A stretch of DNA of 64,000 nucleotides, taken from the NCBI GenBank assembly GCA_030141605.1, contig JAQGDQ010000085.1:496001-560000 (forward strand), given 5' to 3'. Below the pieces are notes generated by a model. That model saw only the letters and a list, made by a program, of their open reading frames with translations. It made no database searches and had not been told where the DNA came from. Below, piece by piece: positions 51,701 to 64,000 of the stretch. This DNA is from Tubiluchus corallicola. Its lineage: Eukaryota; Animalia; Priapulida. The position numbers and the translations under genes were made by a program. Position 1 is the first letter of the stretch. Every line of letters begins with the position of its first letter.

Positions 51701-54700
51701 TAAAATTGCACAAGTGGGATAACTCAATTAAACTGAGTTAGCATTAAACGGCAGTAAAAATGGATAATGACGCCCAAAAATGAACAAACCACAATAACTA
51801 TGACTAGAATGACGGCATTCAATAGAGATTGGTAACATGCCCCGAAATGCTCTTGACACTTTTTGAACTAAAAAATAATAGATTCAAGTCCCTGCATCAA
51901 GTGTGATGATTAAAGCTTTATCAGGTTTGATTTTATTGTGCAGACGAAAACATTAAGAAAGACATCAGGCTCATAACAAACGCATGCACCTACCTATGCA
52001 CACGCACGTACACACATGTACGTAATGATAATGATGTGGATGATGAGGACACAAATACACAAAAATCTCTTTTTTACCGCCGAGCTAACAAACTAATCAG
52101 AAAATTTAAATTTTGCACTGCAATTGTGAAAAAACACCGTTTAACTCTTTTTGTGTTAATTTTTATTGTATGGCAACATGGAAATCCCTTTATCATTATA
52201 CTTTGAAAAAACTTAAAGTAGCAATGTCTGTACGAGAAAATTATTTAACTACTCTTATGACTACAGTGCTAGGTCTATGGCCACTGAACTGAACTTGTTA
52301 TACTTTGATGTGATACATAGAAGAAGTGTGTTAATTTTCTAAATAGAACTGTTAAGTTATACTAATCTAATCTGCAAGGCAATATTACAAAGCGATACTG
52401 TCGATAATCCGTTATGTGAAGGTACTGGCATGCCTTGCTGTACACGAGTGTTTAATTTAACGAGTCTACGCGTACACTTCGGGTCCTAACTGTAAATATT
52501 GTCCAGTAGTGAAACTTTGTAAGTTTGCGTATGTGTGTGTTATTTAATTGTTATTTATAGTCATTGTAACTGTATTTTGTATATGAATTGTATGTCTGGA
52601 ATAAACAATAAACCAAAATCAAATCAACACACACACAGACAAACAGACTACTAAATGCTCCAACTTACTAACTAGTCCAGACTAATTAGCTATCCAAAAT
52701 GAAAAATATTCTACTTACTTGCAACGCTGGCTGCCAGTTGCTGTGCTTGTAGTTGCGACCGTAATGTAGTTAGACCATGTTCTTGTTGCTGAAGTTGTCG
52801 ATTCAGATGATCTGTGAATTCTCGGTGTTGCTTTTCTAGCTGAACGTATTGGTTCTGTGCTGCTGTTGTAAACTCGGCTATGATGTTCGAATGTGTGGTT
52901 ATGCGATTAGCCTGCACAAGAGCCACAAAAAAGTACATATATTTGTGCAAATTTCTTAAATTCGCAACTTGAATTCGTTGTTTCCAAAATGTGACTAATC
53001 TCAAAGCCCGGAGAAATTATCTTTGATGTTTTAAGTTCTGAAATACTAGTGTAATGCAAATGAAAGATAGTCACCAAACTGCAAATTATTATGATTATCA
53101 CTATCAATGTTTATTGCTCAGCATAACACACACACACACACACGCTCAAACTTACGCACACATTTATGCATTTGCACACAAGGACATAGGCACGCATGTA
53201 AGCAAGATCGCATGTACATTTTGCTTGCATGTAAACAGTACAAACTTTAGTAACATGCTACGTTTGGGGTAATGTTGTTCCGTCAGTTCCTGTGACACAA
53301 AGTCATTCAAAAACAGAATGCATGAATGAGAACGAGAACAATGGCAACATCGCAGAGAAATAGACCACTTTATAGGTTATTTCACAAATCAAAAATCGAA
53401 TAGTAAAAGCTTGTTTCACTGTCTCTTATAAATAAGAAGTCGTATTTCTTCTGTTACATTAAAATGAGTACTGCTGACAACTGCAGTAAGATTACATCAT
53501 ATTTTGTTATACGAGGCACACACTGTTACACTACAATTGCTGTACTACCTGATAATTTGCCATAGAAGCAGCAGGGTTCTTCAGTTGCTCTAAGGTGTTT
53601 GTTGAAAAGTATGTATTTTTTTCCCATAGTTCCAAGAGCTAGAAAAACGATTTTAATTCAAGTTATTCACAAAAAAGAAAAGGTAAATATGGACTTTTGT
53701 TTAATATCTGACACAGCTGCTGAAACAGATTGCACATCAATATCCAGCTTGTTCCTGTATTTGTCGTCCTAGATAAGCTGAAACAAACTCCTACAAATTT
53801 ACTAAACAGAGTACTGTGTTGAGTAAACACAATAATCTTTGGAGCTTAACAGAATGGTCTGGTGCTTACCAACAAAGTTTTTGTATCCATATTCATAATG
53901 CTACACGTGCAGGTAATCAAAATGAGAGGTCATTGTTTTGGAGAGAATGCCATCACATAAGTTTCGCGTAAACATAATTTTTGATGCTAAATTTCATATT
54001 TATTTTTATTAAACGATACATGAAATGTACATCGTATGCTGTTTTAATAAGTTGCATAGGATTTGTAATGCAGCAACAGACACAGCTTTACATCAAGTTA
54101 AATAAAAATAAATTATAACAGATCCTAATGATGAAGGGAACTTCTGATCACTAAAATTTTAAAGTTAAACTTGGCGAAAAAGAAGAAAAAGTGGAAAACA
54201 CGAGTGATGTGAGCCTGGTTTTGAATTGGGAACTTTTTGATTAAAGAATACAAATCCATGACTACTATTGCACATGGCTTCTGGTGATCGAGGCTGGCAT
54301 TAATTTATGCCAGATTCATTTAAATTTGTAATTAAGATTATAAATAATTAATTAATTATCCGCATACTACTCTAGACTCAATGCATTTGAAAGTACTAGA
54401 TCGGTTAGTGAGTTATCAGGACTGAATTAAGGACTGCTTTGATCACAAGGGGCTGTGTAATCTAGCGGTCATGGCAGTGGATTTGTAACCCAGTGGTTCC
54501 TGTTTCAAATCCTGGATCAATCTCAGCTTTTCCACACTTCTTCCTTTTCGACTAGTTTGGTTTCAGAAAATTAATAACTGTGAGTTTACTCCATCCTTAA
54601 CAAACCAGCTGCAATTATATATATATAAAGCACACATAACAGACCTTCTTTAACTTATCCTTTTTTTGATCGTCAGCAGCAAGATGTGTGCTGCAGAAAA

Positions 54701-57700
54701 TGGGTATGACAACACGTTCCAGGGAATGCTTCAAAGATTCAGCACCCTTCCGAACACTGGAATGACAATGAAACAGTATTACGGCTAGCTCTCGTCTCTG
54801 AGACAGTGAACAATGCTAAAAGCTTTCAGATGTTATAGCAGTAAGAGGAGTTATTGATAATAATATAAGATCTTATATGTTAGTACAAAGATATCTATAC
54901 TACATATGTTGTATAAAAGTATGACAGAAAAAAAGATTCAAATTTTGTCAGGCAATTCTACTTGCTCCTAAGACTACGGTACGTCTTAAATCTGCAAAAC
55001 AAATTAAAATAGCATTTCAAATGATTCATGGAAGATGGCATATTTCATTGTCTTATCTGGACGTTTTTATAAATTATGGTTTAGCCGTACAGTGGCTGTA
55101 TAGAAAGTCTATAAGATTGTAAGAAAGTAATACCAGATAGTACAGTCTAGTGGTAATGTGCCAGCTTCCCATCTGAAAGGTCGTGAGTTCGAAACTGTAG
55201 CCAGGACATATCAAAGACTTTAAGAATTGTACGCGCTGATGCCTTGCCTGGCGTGTGGTATTTAGGGTAAAAGTGGGGTAATAGTATCTTTGTTATATAG
55301 TTGCAGGTTTGTTATTTACAGTTGGCCAAAAGCTGTTTGAGCTTATGTTCATTGTTCATCCAAAAGCCGATTTATAAATAAAGATTATTATTATTAAGTC
55401 CTTTTGTGACACGATAATGATTACCAAAAAGTTAAGTTTGAATAAAAACTATATGAAAACAGAATTTTTTACACATATTGAACAGTAGTTTGAGCATATA
55501 CAGAGAGAGTAGAAAAAATATGGACTTTCTTTATTTATGGGTCAGTGATAAATCTTGAAGGTTATTTCGAGCTTTACTAAACATACTAACTAATATGGCA
55601 GAGATTTGCAGTATAAATCAACCAAGAGTACAAAACCTTAAACTTAAACCTTAACCCGGGCACAAAGTTTCTAAGTTCTAAGGTTTCCTAGTTTTAAGTG
55701 AACGTAATGCATTATTCAAAATACTATATGCGCAAAATCACCTGCCAAGCCAAAAATTAAAGATTAATTATAATTCTAAAGTTCCTCAAATTTTCAGTAT
55801 ATGTTACAGTTGCTAAATGAAGTTCAGAAAGAAGAATCTTGTTGAGTATAACTACTATGTCGGTTATTATTGAACGATATATTGACTTAAAGAAATTTAC
55901 GATGTTTTCACCTGCACAACCTTGCCCAATAAGTGTACTTACTGAGTAAATAACTAGCCAAACATGATTCACGTAGGCTGCCAGTGCAGTACATCCTGAT
56001 AAAACAAGTTGAAAGGTACATGCTCACCTGCTGCGATACACTAAGACGAAATTTGGGTAACTTGCTTGTGTAGTTCGCAATAAATAAAACACAAAACCTA
56101 GTTTAAATGTAAATAGTCCCCATGGGTAACAGCAAACAAATCATTGATGAGAATGTTATAGTGTTGTACCACATTAGTTGAGAGCTGGGTAGTAAAAAAT
56201 GTTTTCAAAAAAACGACTTGATACAGCCTGAATAGTTCTAATTTATTAAGTGTGCAATTGCAAGATGATCGAAAAAGGTCAGCTGTTTATTCGCATAGTG
56301 AAATTACTGTCTTACCATGATTAGAAAATTATATAAAGCAGTAACTGTCACCATCAAAATACAAAATACAATCTCAAGCATACAATTTGATTTGTAGGCT
56401 GTCACCTGTCAACTGGAGAAAGAACTCAAGGTGGTTGTAAATGTAAACTTACCAATGATGCAACACGTCATTAATCAGGTAAACCAGATGCAACTTTGCT
56501 TCAAAGCTGGATGATTTGGATGTTATTTTCCTTTCTAAATACTTGGCTATTAATTCTCCATGGTCATCTGACTTGTTATTATTAAAAATCCAATTTTTTC
56601 CACCCTACAAAAAACAAACAGTGGGACACAGAAAATAAATAAGTGAGCACCGATGTATTTATTTCCATCAAAAAGACTCATTTTTATATTTGTCAATGAA
56701 ATAAGCATTAATAGATAACAAAAATGCTCCAATATTTCACAAGTTTGAAATGCCACGCAAAATACTGGCATGGTAAATTAAGATGCAAATGCATGAGCAT
56801 AACGCAACAAGACTGTAGCTTAGTATAAATATGTAAAAAAGTTGGTTTTTTTTATCTTTTGCATGCATGAAGCAGGAAACGATGCTCACCGATATGGCAT
56901 CTTTTGTGCATGATTCAATAATGGGTTGAGCAAATGCATCCAAATCTGACAAAGAGATGCCGCACGACTCGCACAGGCCTGCCAGTTTTTCTGTTTCCGC
57001 TTTGGTGATACCTTCCTCCACTTTTGTCTAAAAAAGTTGGAATTTGCATAAAAAGTTTAGCCGATTAAATGTTGTATCTTCTTAAAAATGCTTTCTGTAG
57101 TGATGTAAGGTATTGTGAGGCAGTGTAGCATTCTCGTAGCTCAATGGTAGCGTGCCCGCTTCTCATTCACAAGGTCACGGGTTCAACTCCCGACCGAGTC
57201 ATATCAAAAACTTAAAAAATGGTGCCACTGATGTGCTGTTCAATACTATACCATTTCAACCTATACAATTACAGATTCAAGTTGGATGTGAAAATGAGCA
57301 AGAGTAGGCCTACACTTCTGGTGCAAAAGGATGACATTTATTCACACAATTTGGACACTCTTATAATTAACAGTTAGCATCTTAACATTTCAGACATGAT
57401 CAATTTCAGTAATGTCCAAGGTAATGTAATTAGACAAACTAAATAAATAGAAAGGTGTTGTGTAGTAGAATCAACTAGAATGTTTAATAAATCACATAAT
57501 ATACATGAATGACATTTTGCTGGCACCTGATATACTTGTACTATAAGTACTGTTGGGCTCCTGCAATAATTTTGTATATGATCACATCAAGTATATTAAT
57601 TTTACGAAAATTTGAAGTATGCACAAAATCCCCCCCGCCCACCCCCCACAGTTTAAGCATTGTTAGAAGAGCTGTTTTCATGACTGTGTGCTTTCTATTA

Positions 57701-60607
57701 GTTCTTTAAAAAAGCACTTTGGTCAGGGAACTAACATTAATAGCTTTAATATTTCTCTCTGACAATGCCAACATGAAAATCCACACTAACGTGTTGTGTA
57801 GAGTGTACACAACTATATATTACTTCAGTACGTTTTTCATGTATCTCTGCTAAAAGTTAAACTATTATATTATTTCCTAAGTATCATTGTTGCAAATTCA
57901 ATTGCATCACATTGTAAATAAAATTTAGTAAGGGGTATTTAACAACAAAATTTGATATCACAGCCAAAGTTATCATTAATATCTATATCAATATTGTAAG
58001 TACATTTATGATACAATTGTAGCGTGTTAACAATAAATACTCATTTGTTATTGCTAGATTTTATGTAATTAACTATGAAAATTTGTGACAATATCAGCAA
58101 GGAAATCTTATGATTACTGAAATTTGCAAGTAACAGTAGCATTTTTGCAAATTCATGCCATTTCAACATTATTATTATATCATTTTGCATAACTATTCAC
58201 TTCAATTCAGTTTATTTTATAAGATAAACAGCAGATGCTTTTACATCACAAAGTACATAAATTAATAGTAATTCATAAAGCATGTACAGATACAAATATT
58301 GATTTTAGCATTGGAGACCTAGGAAGCAAAGCTTATAATAGGCCACCAGAATTAGTAATGAAAAAATATTTATTAATAACATATTACTGATAGAATGAAA
58401 GAGTTATAATGGGTGTTAGTAATAATTCTTAATTACGATATACACTGAACAGCACAAGAAATGATAAATATTTTAACATATTAACTACACATAACGGTGT
58501 CAAGCAAAATGTGGCAACTATGTTGAAAACGAGCAAATGTAATTAGTAATGCGAAACTATTCTGGGTTATTGTCTACTGTGCGCCTGATGGTCACCCACT
58601 CTACACAATGCAACAGTTCAGCAGTGGTCTCAGCTACAGCAAGAGCTAGGACGGATGCTGCTTTTGTTACTAGTTAATCGTTTAGTGACTGGATTCAACC
58701 TGTGTCATTTTCATGTAAAGCCATAATGTTTTTTTTGAGCCTGGTAAGCTTGTGCTTTACGTTGAATAGTTTTGAATTCAGACTGCTGAACTGAATTGAA
58801 TTACCTGCTGTTGCTGCAACATGACCTGGTGTTGGGCTGCGAGATTCTGCTCACTCTGCTTGATCTGTTCCTCATATGCTTTTTTCTGAACATTATAAGA
58901 TGTTTCAGCTTGCTGCAGCTGTACCTGCGTTTGTTGCCATGGTGGCGGAGCTAAAACAAAATCCCATAGAGAAAAACTCAAGCACCTGGAAGGTACAAGT
59001 TACACGAAGCCACGCAAGCTAATGAAATTAGAAATTCATAAACAAACTTTTTGCTGTCTTTCACTTTCCATTTTTCAACAACTCCTCTTACCTCAATTAC
59101 ATTTGGTCATAATTACATATCCATAAAAATAACTAGCTACCATTCACTTATCAGTTTTTCAGAAAAAACATTCCATGGCCAAAGTACAATGTTCAAAAGA
59201 ACTTCCACACAAGGCGTAGGGATTATGGGAAAAAAATTATCTATATTATCCTTTTTGTGTGCTGTTAAACTTAACAATCCATTCATTTGTATCTTCGTTA
59301 GTGGCCCAAAATAAGTTTTTAAAGATTAATAAACAATTTCGTTTGGATAATTAAGCTCTTGGTAAAGAAATCATAGTTTGTTTTGTAAGTCACCCCTGCA
59401 GCAAAAATAGTTTGATCTGCCATCTTCCTACTGGCTGTTGGCCTGGCACACTGCCAAAGCAGCAGTTAATAGTCTGCTAGTAGGTACCCACTGTAGAAAT
59501 GCAAAGTAAAGGGTGGCATTTAAATTTTAATTCTCTAACAATGGATAAACTGTTACAAATAATGTCTACATTTTCATTGTTGGAACAGGGTAGAAATATT
59601 AGGATCCGGTGACAAACAATGCGGGTAATTACTCGGGTACCACCGGTGGAAACACTAGACATTCTACACAAATGGCAACAATAAGGTAACCCACAAACTC
59701 CTAAACTGACAGTGAAAAAGTTCTGTGATAAGAGCTTAACAAATTAAACAATTATTTCATTAAATAACTTCTTAACCAAACTCGACAATACCAGTTATAC
59801 ATACATACCTGCTGGCATGTTAGGGTTGGGCATAAATGGAGGTGGCTGATGCACAACCGTTTGTTGCTGTTCTTGCACCTTCTTCTGCTGCTGCTTCAAA
59901 ACTGAAACAATACAAAACTGTACAATTAAAACTGAGCACTGCCTGCTTGTTAGCTTAGCTGCAGTAATATAGAATGATCTGTTTTAACATTATAAAAAAC
60001 ATCATGTATTAAGAAACTTCAGTTTGGATAAAATGTAAACCTTATTTTACTGCTGTCAAAATAATTTTAGGACATGTACACAGTCAGTAAAATTACAATG
60101 TACAAGCATATTCACTTCAACTTTCATCCTTACTGTCAAAAGTAATACAACTGAAATTCATCATAATCTTTTAATGGATAAACCAGCAAGTTCAATACAA
60201 CACTTACTTGCTTGCTCTGTAGTCACTTTGTACTGATAGTAATTGAAGTGTTCTCCTCCAAACAGAAAGCTAAATTTTGGGTTATCTTTCTGCTTATTTT
60301 TTGTCATCTGTTCAAACTCTGGGCCATTTCTTGCAACAAAATTAGCAAGTTTGTCGATAATATTCCTGAGGTCTTGATCTGTTAAAAACAAGAAAACGTA
60401 AATTAACAGTGAAATTCAATTTAGCCACACCAGAGTTTATCAGTGCAACACTAATGGAAGAATTGGTTTAATTGCAAAAACAGATCTTTTACTTTTTGAA
60501 AGACAAGTTAGTTTTGCAAAATATAATTATAGCTTTAAATAACAATACAAATACTTTCAAGAATATAAGTATTACAACTCACCCTCAGGACACTTTGGCA
60601 CAGACAT
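46366..60607 (-). CDS. CHERP: Calcium homeostasis endoplasmic reticulum protein (U2-associated splicing factor), complete, 16 coding exons, about 771 aa
   Basis: Exons: 60607-60583, 60378-60208, 59901-59809, 58950-58805, 57027-56890, 56604-56453, 54756-54645, 53638-53549, 52911-52719, 51240-51034, 50297-50080, 49565-49432, 48561-48349, 47593-47441, 47190-47111, 46556-46366; all GT-AG with consistent phases. SURP (IIDKLANFVARNGPEFE...KFSFLFGG), CID (LHLVYLINDVLHH), PYYELPAGLMVPLVK, PPSERLLAAVEAFY, RS repeats, G-patch (SNKGHMLLKKMGWSGAGLG). Confidence 0.97.
48661..48700. repeat. (AAT)n microsatellite
   Basis: About 13 AAT units, nearly perfect. Confidence 0.95.
52020..52627 (+). mobile_element. 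Second, more decayed RTE-X-like LINE 3' fragment in CHERP intron
   Basis: Translates to DNDVDDEDTNTQKSLFYRRANKLIRKFKFCTAIVKK, colinear with the 20.4-kb copy; frameshifted; ends AATAAA plus AAATC-like tail; (CA)-rich flanks. Confidence 0.85.
54128..54597. mobile_element. Palindromic element with two outward-facing tRNA-like cassettes (longer copy)
   Basis: About 165-bp imperfect inverted arms; right arm GGGGCTGTGTAATCTAGCGG...TGGATTTGTAACCCA...GTTTCAAATCC...TTTT; terminus TGTGAGTTTACTCCATC is shared with the 23.7-kb copy. Confidence 0.7.
55132..55396 (+). mobile_element. tRNA-derived SINE with Meta-domain-like body
   Basis: A box (AGTCTAGTGG), B box (GAGTTCGAAAC), CATATCAAAGACTTTAAGAATTGTAC...TGCCTTGCCTGGCG, (ATT)n tail. 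Confidence 0.75.
57128..57238 (+). mobile_element. 3'-truncated tRNA-derived SINE, same family as 55132-55396
   Basis: TAGCTCAATGG A box, GGTTCAACTCC B box, followed by GTCATATCAAAAACTTAAAAAATGGT. Confidence 0.75.
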
Positions 60608-62273
60608 CTTAAATTGTTATGGGTGATAAGTTAGTTCCAGATCCAAACGCTCTAAACTGTCAAGTATCAACCGTTTTGATAAACACCAGTTAGTCAGTTG
60701 TTCTTCCATGAAATAATCTAAAATGTTCACTTTATTAGGGTGAAGATTTATTAATAAGATTTAGTAAGAAAACTGTATATAATCATTTGGTAACTTTTCC
60801 TGGCTGAATCATCTTTTCTATGACCACTGTTATAATATCAGTATGATAGTACAGAAAGTGTTCACCATTTTTTCAGCATTTTTAGGTCTTCAGTTTCAAT
60901 AATAAAACTGCAGCATTATTTGCAAAGAATATAAAAAGTAACGGTTAAAACAATCAGCTTAACACAGTTTTAATATATCAAACTTCTCAAACAGAGAGTT
61001 TCCTAAAAAGATATTGACGACAAACTAGGACTATTAATACTAATACAAGGTGAGATGGCACCTAATTTTCTAAAAACTGGTGCTATCAGAATTCTAAAAG
61101 TCCTAAATATCTTCTACCTTTGAGCTCAACATTTTATACAATGGCCTCGTGCAATTACAACTATATTTGAAAATATAACTCATGAACCTGCGCATTACAT
61201 TAAAAATCCCCATTTGAAATAAATGCAATGACTCCAACGTATTTCCAATTTTTCTGGTGATCATCAGTTACACTGCAAAAATGCTCAAGCTGTGTCAAGG
61301 CTAGTTATCAACTATCCAGTTATATGATAGGTAAATCTACTGTCTACTAGGATTCTGAGATATTAAACACAATATTTGATATAAACTTAGAATCAAATGT
61401 TGTTGTTGCACGCATTGGTCCACACTTTCGCTGCCCTTTCTTCACAAATGTTTTTTCAAATTATTATTTGTATTATAACACTTAACAGTGTGTATTTTTG
61501 CAAGATAAATAAAAAATTGTTATTAATATTTTTATGCTACTTTTGTTTATGTTCATTTATCCAAATTTATTCGTACTTTTAGAAAAAACTGTTTTATTAG
61601 TAAGCCAAAATTTAAAGTTGTGAAAGCTAACCAAATGATATTTACACATTACCAAATTACACAGCAACCGTTAAAACACGTTAAACGCAATCATGGTAAA
61701 AATCAGCGAAAAAATCCAACAGCTATCTAGGCTAGCGCCTTACTTGCAAATAGCTGTTTTATAGTTTTATCCAAATTTATCGTTCAATTTGTTCTAACTT
61801 ATTTGTGCATTTTCTCCTTTTCTCTGAAACTCTAAAACAGTAAAAGTGGAAAAAGCAACTAGAGAAACCTTTTACAAAATTTCGCTTTTACAGCCTTCCC
61901 TCGCTCGCTTGTTAGTGATCTTTTTACGACAATGTCCTGCCATAGTTAATAATATTACTTACGGACAGTTAATAAAATAATAAACAAAACGTCTAGAGAA
62001 AACGCAAATAAAATCACACACAAGCTAACACGTATTTCATAAATAATGCAGTCGACATCATTTGACTCGAGCACATCACAGTGTAGTATATTTTCATGTA
62101 AATCAATCATTTCTTTTGCGAATCTGAGTTTCCCGTCTCAGCATAAGATTTTTGTCTGAGCACAAGTCTTCAGTAACATTGTTATAAAAGACGAAAATGG
62201 GTTACAAACAGCAATGTGAACCACGTGATGATTTAAAACACTGTTTGCAAACTAGCTTGTTTCAGATGGTAAG

Positions 62274-62664
62274 TAGTGGTGAGCATCTAAAGTTCGAGTT
62301 TGAACGTTCGAATTCGATTCAAACCTAAAATCATAGATCCGAATAATTCAGCACTTCAACAACATGCATTCTCTACAATTAAAATTGTTGGAACAGTATG
62401 CAGTTAGCATAATTTAGCTGCAGTTTCTGTGCAAACTTTTTAACAAACCATAAATGGCTTTGCAGCAGAACAAATTGAAGCAATATGTATCATCTTTGTA
62501 AGACCACTTTTTACTAGTGGTTCAAAACTTGTTCGAAAATTTTTGAAACTCAATTCGAATTCGATTCGGAATAGAAATACTGAAATTCGGTTGAATTCGA
62601 ATTCGAAAGTCAAACAATTCTATTCGATTCAAATTCGCTTTCTGTTAGAGAATGCTCACCCCTA
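62274..62664. mobile_element. hAT-type MITE
   Basis: TIR TAGTGGTGAGCAT / ATGCTCACCCCTA; 8-bp TSD ATGGTAAG/ACGGTAAG; subterminal TTCGAA/ATTCG repeats. Confidence 0.85.
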
Positions 62665-63435
62665 ACGGTAAGCATTAAGCAATCAAAAAGAAAAGCAATG
62701 ATGTTACAATGTGTTTTAGGTGATAAGCACCATGTCATTTGAAAAGCATTTCTCATTGCAGCATATAATCTAGCAACACAGTGATTAAATAGGTTTAACT
62801 GATACAGTCAGATATACAATTTTTTGGTATAGGGGATATTAAAGCGATGAGTAATAGTACTGAACAATTAATAAAACCAAGGTATTGATGAATCATTTAA
62901 GAATCGATTGTGTTATTAATATCATTTTTTTTAGTGTGAAAGCTTTGTATGCCTATACATTCTTCAAAAATCGAAATGAATGGCTCGGAAAATCACTAAA
63001 CCTCAACTTTGGCAAAAACACTTTGGAGGCACTGATCCTGAAAGATAAAGTGGAGGCTAAAATGGTCCAAAAATACACCATGAATCGGCATTCAAAAGTC
63101 GACAAGCTCGTGAGGCATCCGCAAGTGGAGGATCAGAATGCCATCCTAGTAAGCATAGCCAATGTAGGCCAATTCTGGGCCAGTACTAGCATTATGGCAC
63201 CAGTGAAATTGGTTAGGGTAGGGCAGCCAGAAAGCAGAAAATTTTGCCATTAACTTGACTGTGCCAGGCCAAAACCATCTACATGCTGGCAAGTTACTGG
63301 CCCAATTCTGGCAGATAGTGCTGGCCTAGCAAGGATCTGGTTCCTGTGCCAAAAGTGGCTTTAATTACTAAGGCTGCATTAAATCTAATAGCCAGTTTAC
63401 CGTTGTACAATTCACTAAAGTCTGATTCAGGCAGT

Positions 63436-63788
63436 AGTTTTGGAGATCAAGTAGAATTGCATAGAACATCGTAGAATCTTCCGTCGGAATGACTGCCTTA
63501 CCGTCTGGATTGTTCTCGAACATTTGTGCGAGAAGTTTCTATAGCGCGCTATATAAGGCGAGGCAGGCTGCCGGACATGGGGGGATTGCACATATCTAAC
63601 ACGGACTTATACTTGTATATTTACCTTTTCAGATATACTTAAACGTTTTCCAGATTTTCAAGTTTATTGTAATCATTTCACATTCCTTATCTTTGTGTTG
63701 TAGAATTCTTGCTAAATAAAGTAGTTTTATTTTACGACGTGTTTTCTGGTTTTCTCTACGAGCCTTCCGAGAGAAACAAAACACAACA
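63436..63788 (+). mobile_element. Solo-LTR-like insertion
   Basis: GCAGT direct repeat at 63431-63435 and 63789-63793; TATATAAG at 63550; AATAAA near 63715; ends ...CAAAACACAACA; interrupts a CTGGC-rich repeat. Confidence 0.65.
63451..63557 (+). promoter_or_regulatory. Heat-shock-element cluster plus TATA box
   Basis: GAA at 10-bp spacing (63454, 63464, 63474 with TTC at 63479), GATtgTTCtcGAAcaTTT (63508-63525), GAAgtTTC (63532-63539), TATATAAG (63550-63557). Confidence 0.55.
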
Positions 63789-64000
63789 GCAGTCAGCACT
63801 GGTCCGGTCAGCATGGAACCGGTTAAGGTGCCAGAACTGGCTGTATTAAGACACATTAAAGCCAGATTCAGACAACCTAATTAAGCCAACATTAAACGTT
63901 AATCGGGCCAGTATGCTAACTGCATTGAATTCTAGCTTTGTTCTCAGTACTGTAGTTCTTTGATTACATGATGAGCATTTGACTTAAATATGGAGAGCTA

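Larger units (their letters stand above)
63143..63920. repeat. CTGGC/GCCAG-rich palindromic MITE-like repeat hosting the LTR-like insertion
   Basis: Repeated CCAATTCTGG...CTGGCC units on both sides of the insertion; partly inverted arms. Confidence 0.45.

Noticed and set aside
57128-57200. Possible tRNA gene
   Set aside because: Acceptor and anticodon stems do not pair properly and it continues into a SINE body; treated as a SINE head.
62885-63253. 122-aa plus-strand ORF
   Set aside because: Non-ATG start, runs into a repeat, no recognisable motif.
63629-63856. 75-aa minus-strand ORF or CHERP upstream exon
   Set aside because: Spans the junction of the LTR-like insertion and its host repeat; no coding evidence.

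Overview
AT-rich, intron-containing animal genomic DNA, probably an invertebrate; the species cannot be identified from sequence alone. Three protein-coding genes lie on the minus strand. (1) The 5' part of midasin MDN1/Rea1: 27 exons traced by hand, about 1,500 codons, covering the N-terminal domain and AAA1-AAA4 and running off the left edge, with one GC-AG intron. (2) An intronless 129-aa single-pass membrane ORF with a KCNE/MinK-like transmembrane signature. (3) A complete 16-exon CHERP (SURP, CID, Pro-rich, RS, G-patch; about 771 aa). Introns and intergenic DNA carry many transposon remnants: RTE-X-like LINEs sitting in dinucleotide microsatellites, L2/CR1 fragments, hAT/Kolobok/Harbinger/pogo-type MITEs, and tRNA- and 5S-derived SINEs. 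Most notable are the invertebrate KCNE-like gene, a palindromic element whose two arms each carry an outward-facing tRNA-like Pol III cassette (2 copies), and a solo-LTR-like insertion with clustered heat-shock elements before a TATA box. All family assignments come from motif recognition, not database searches.
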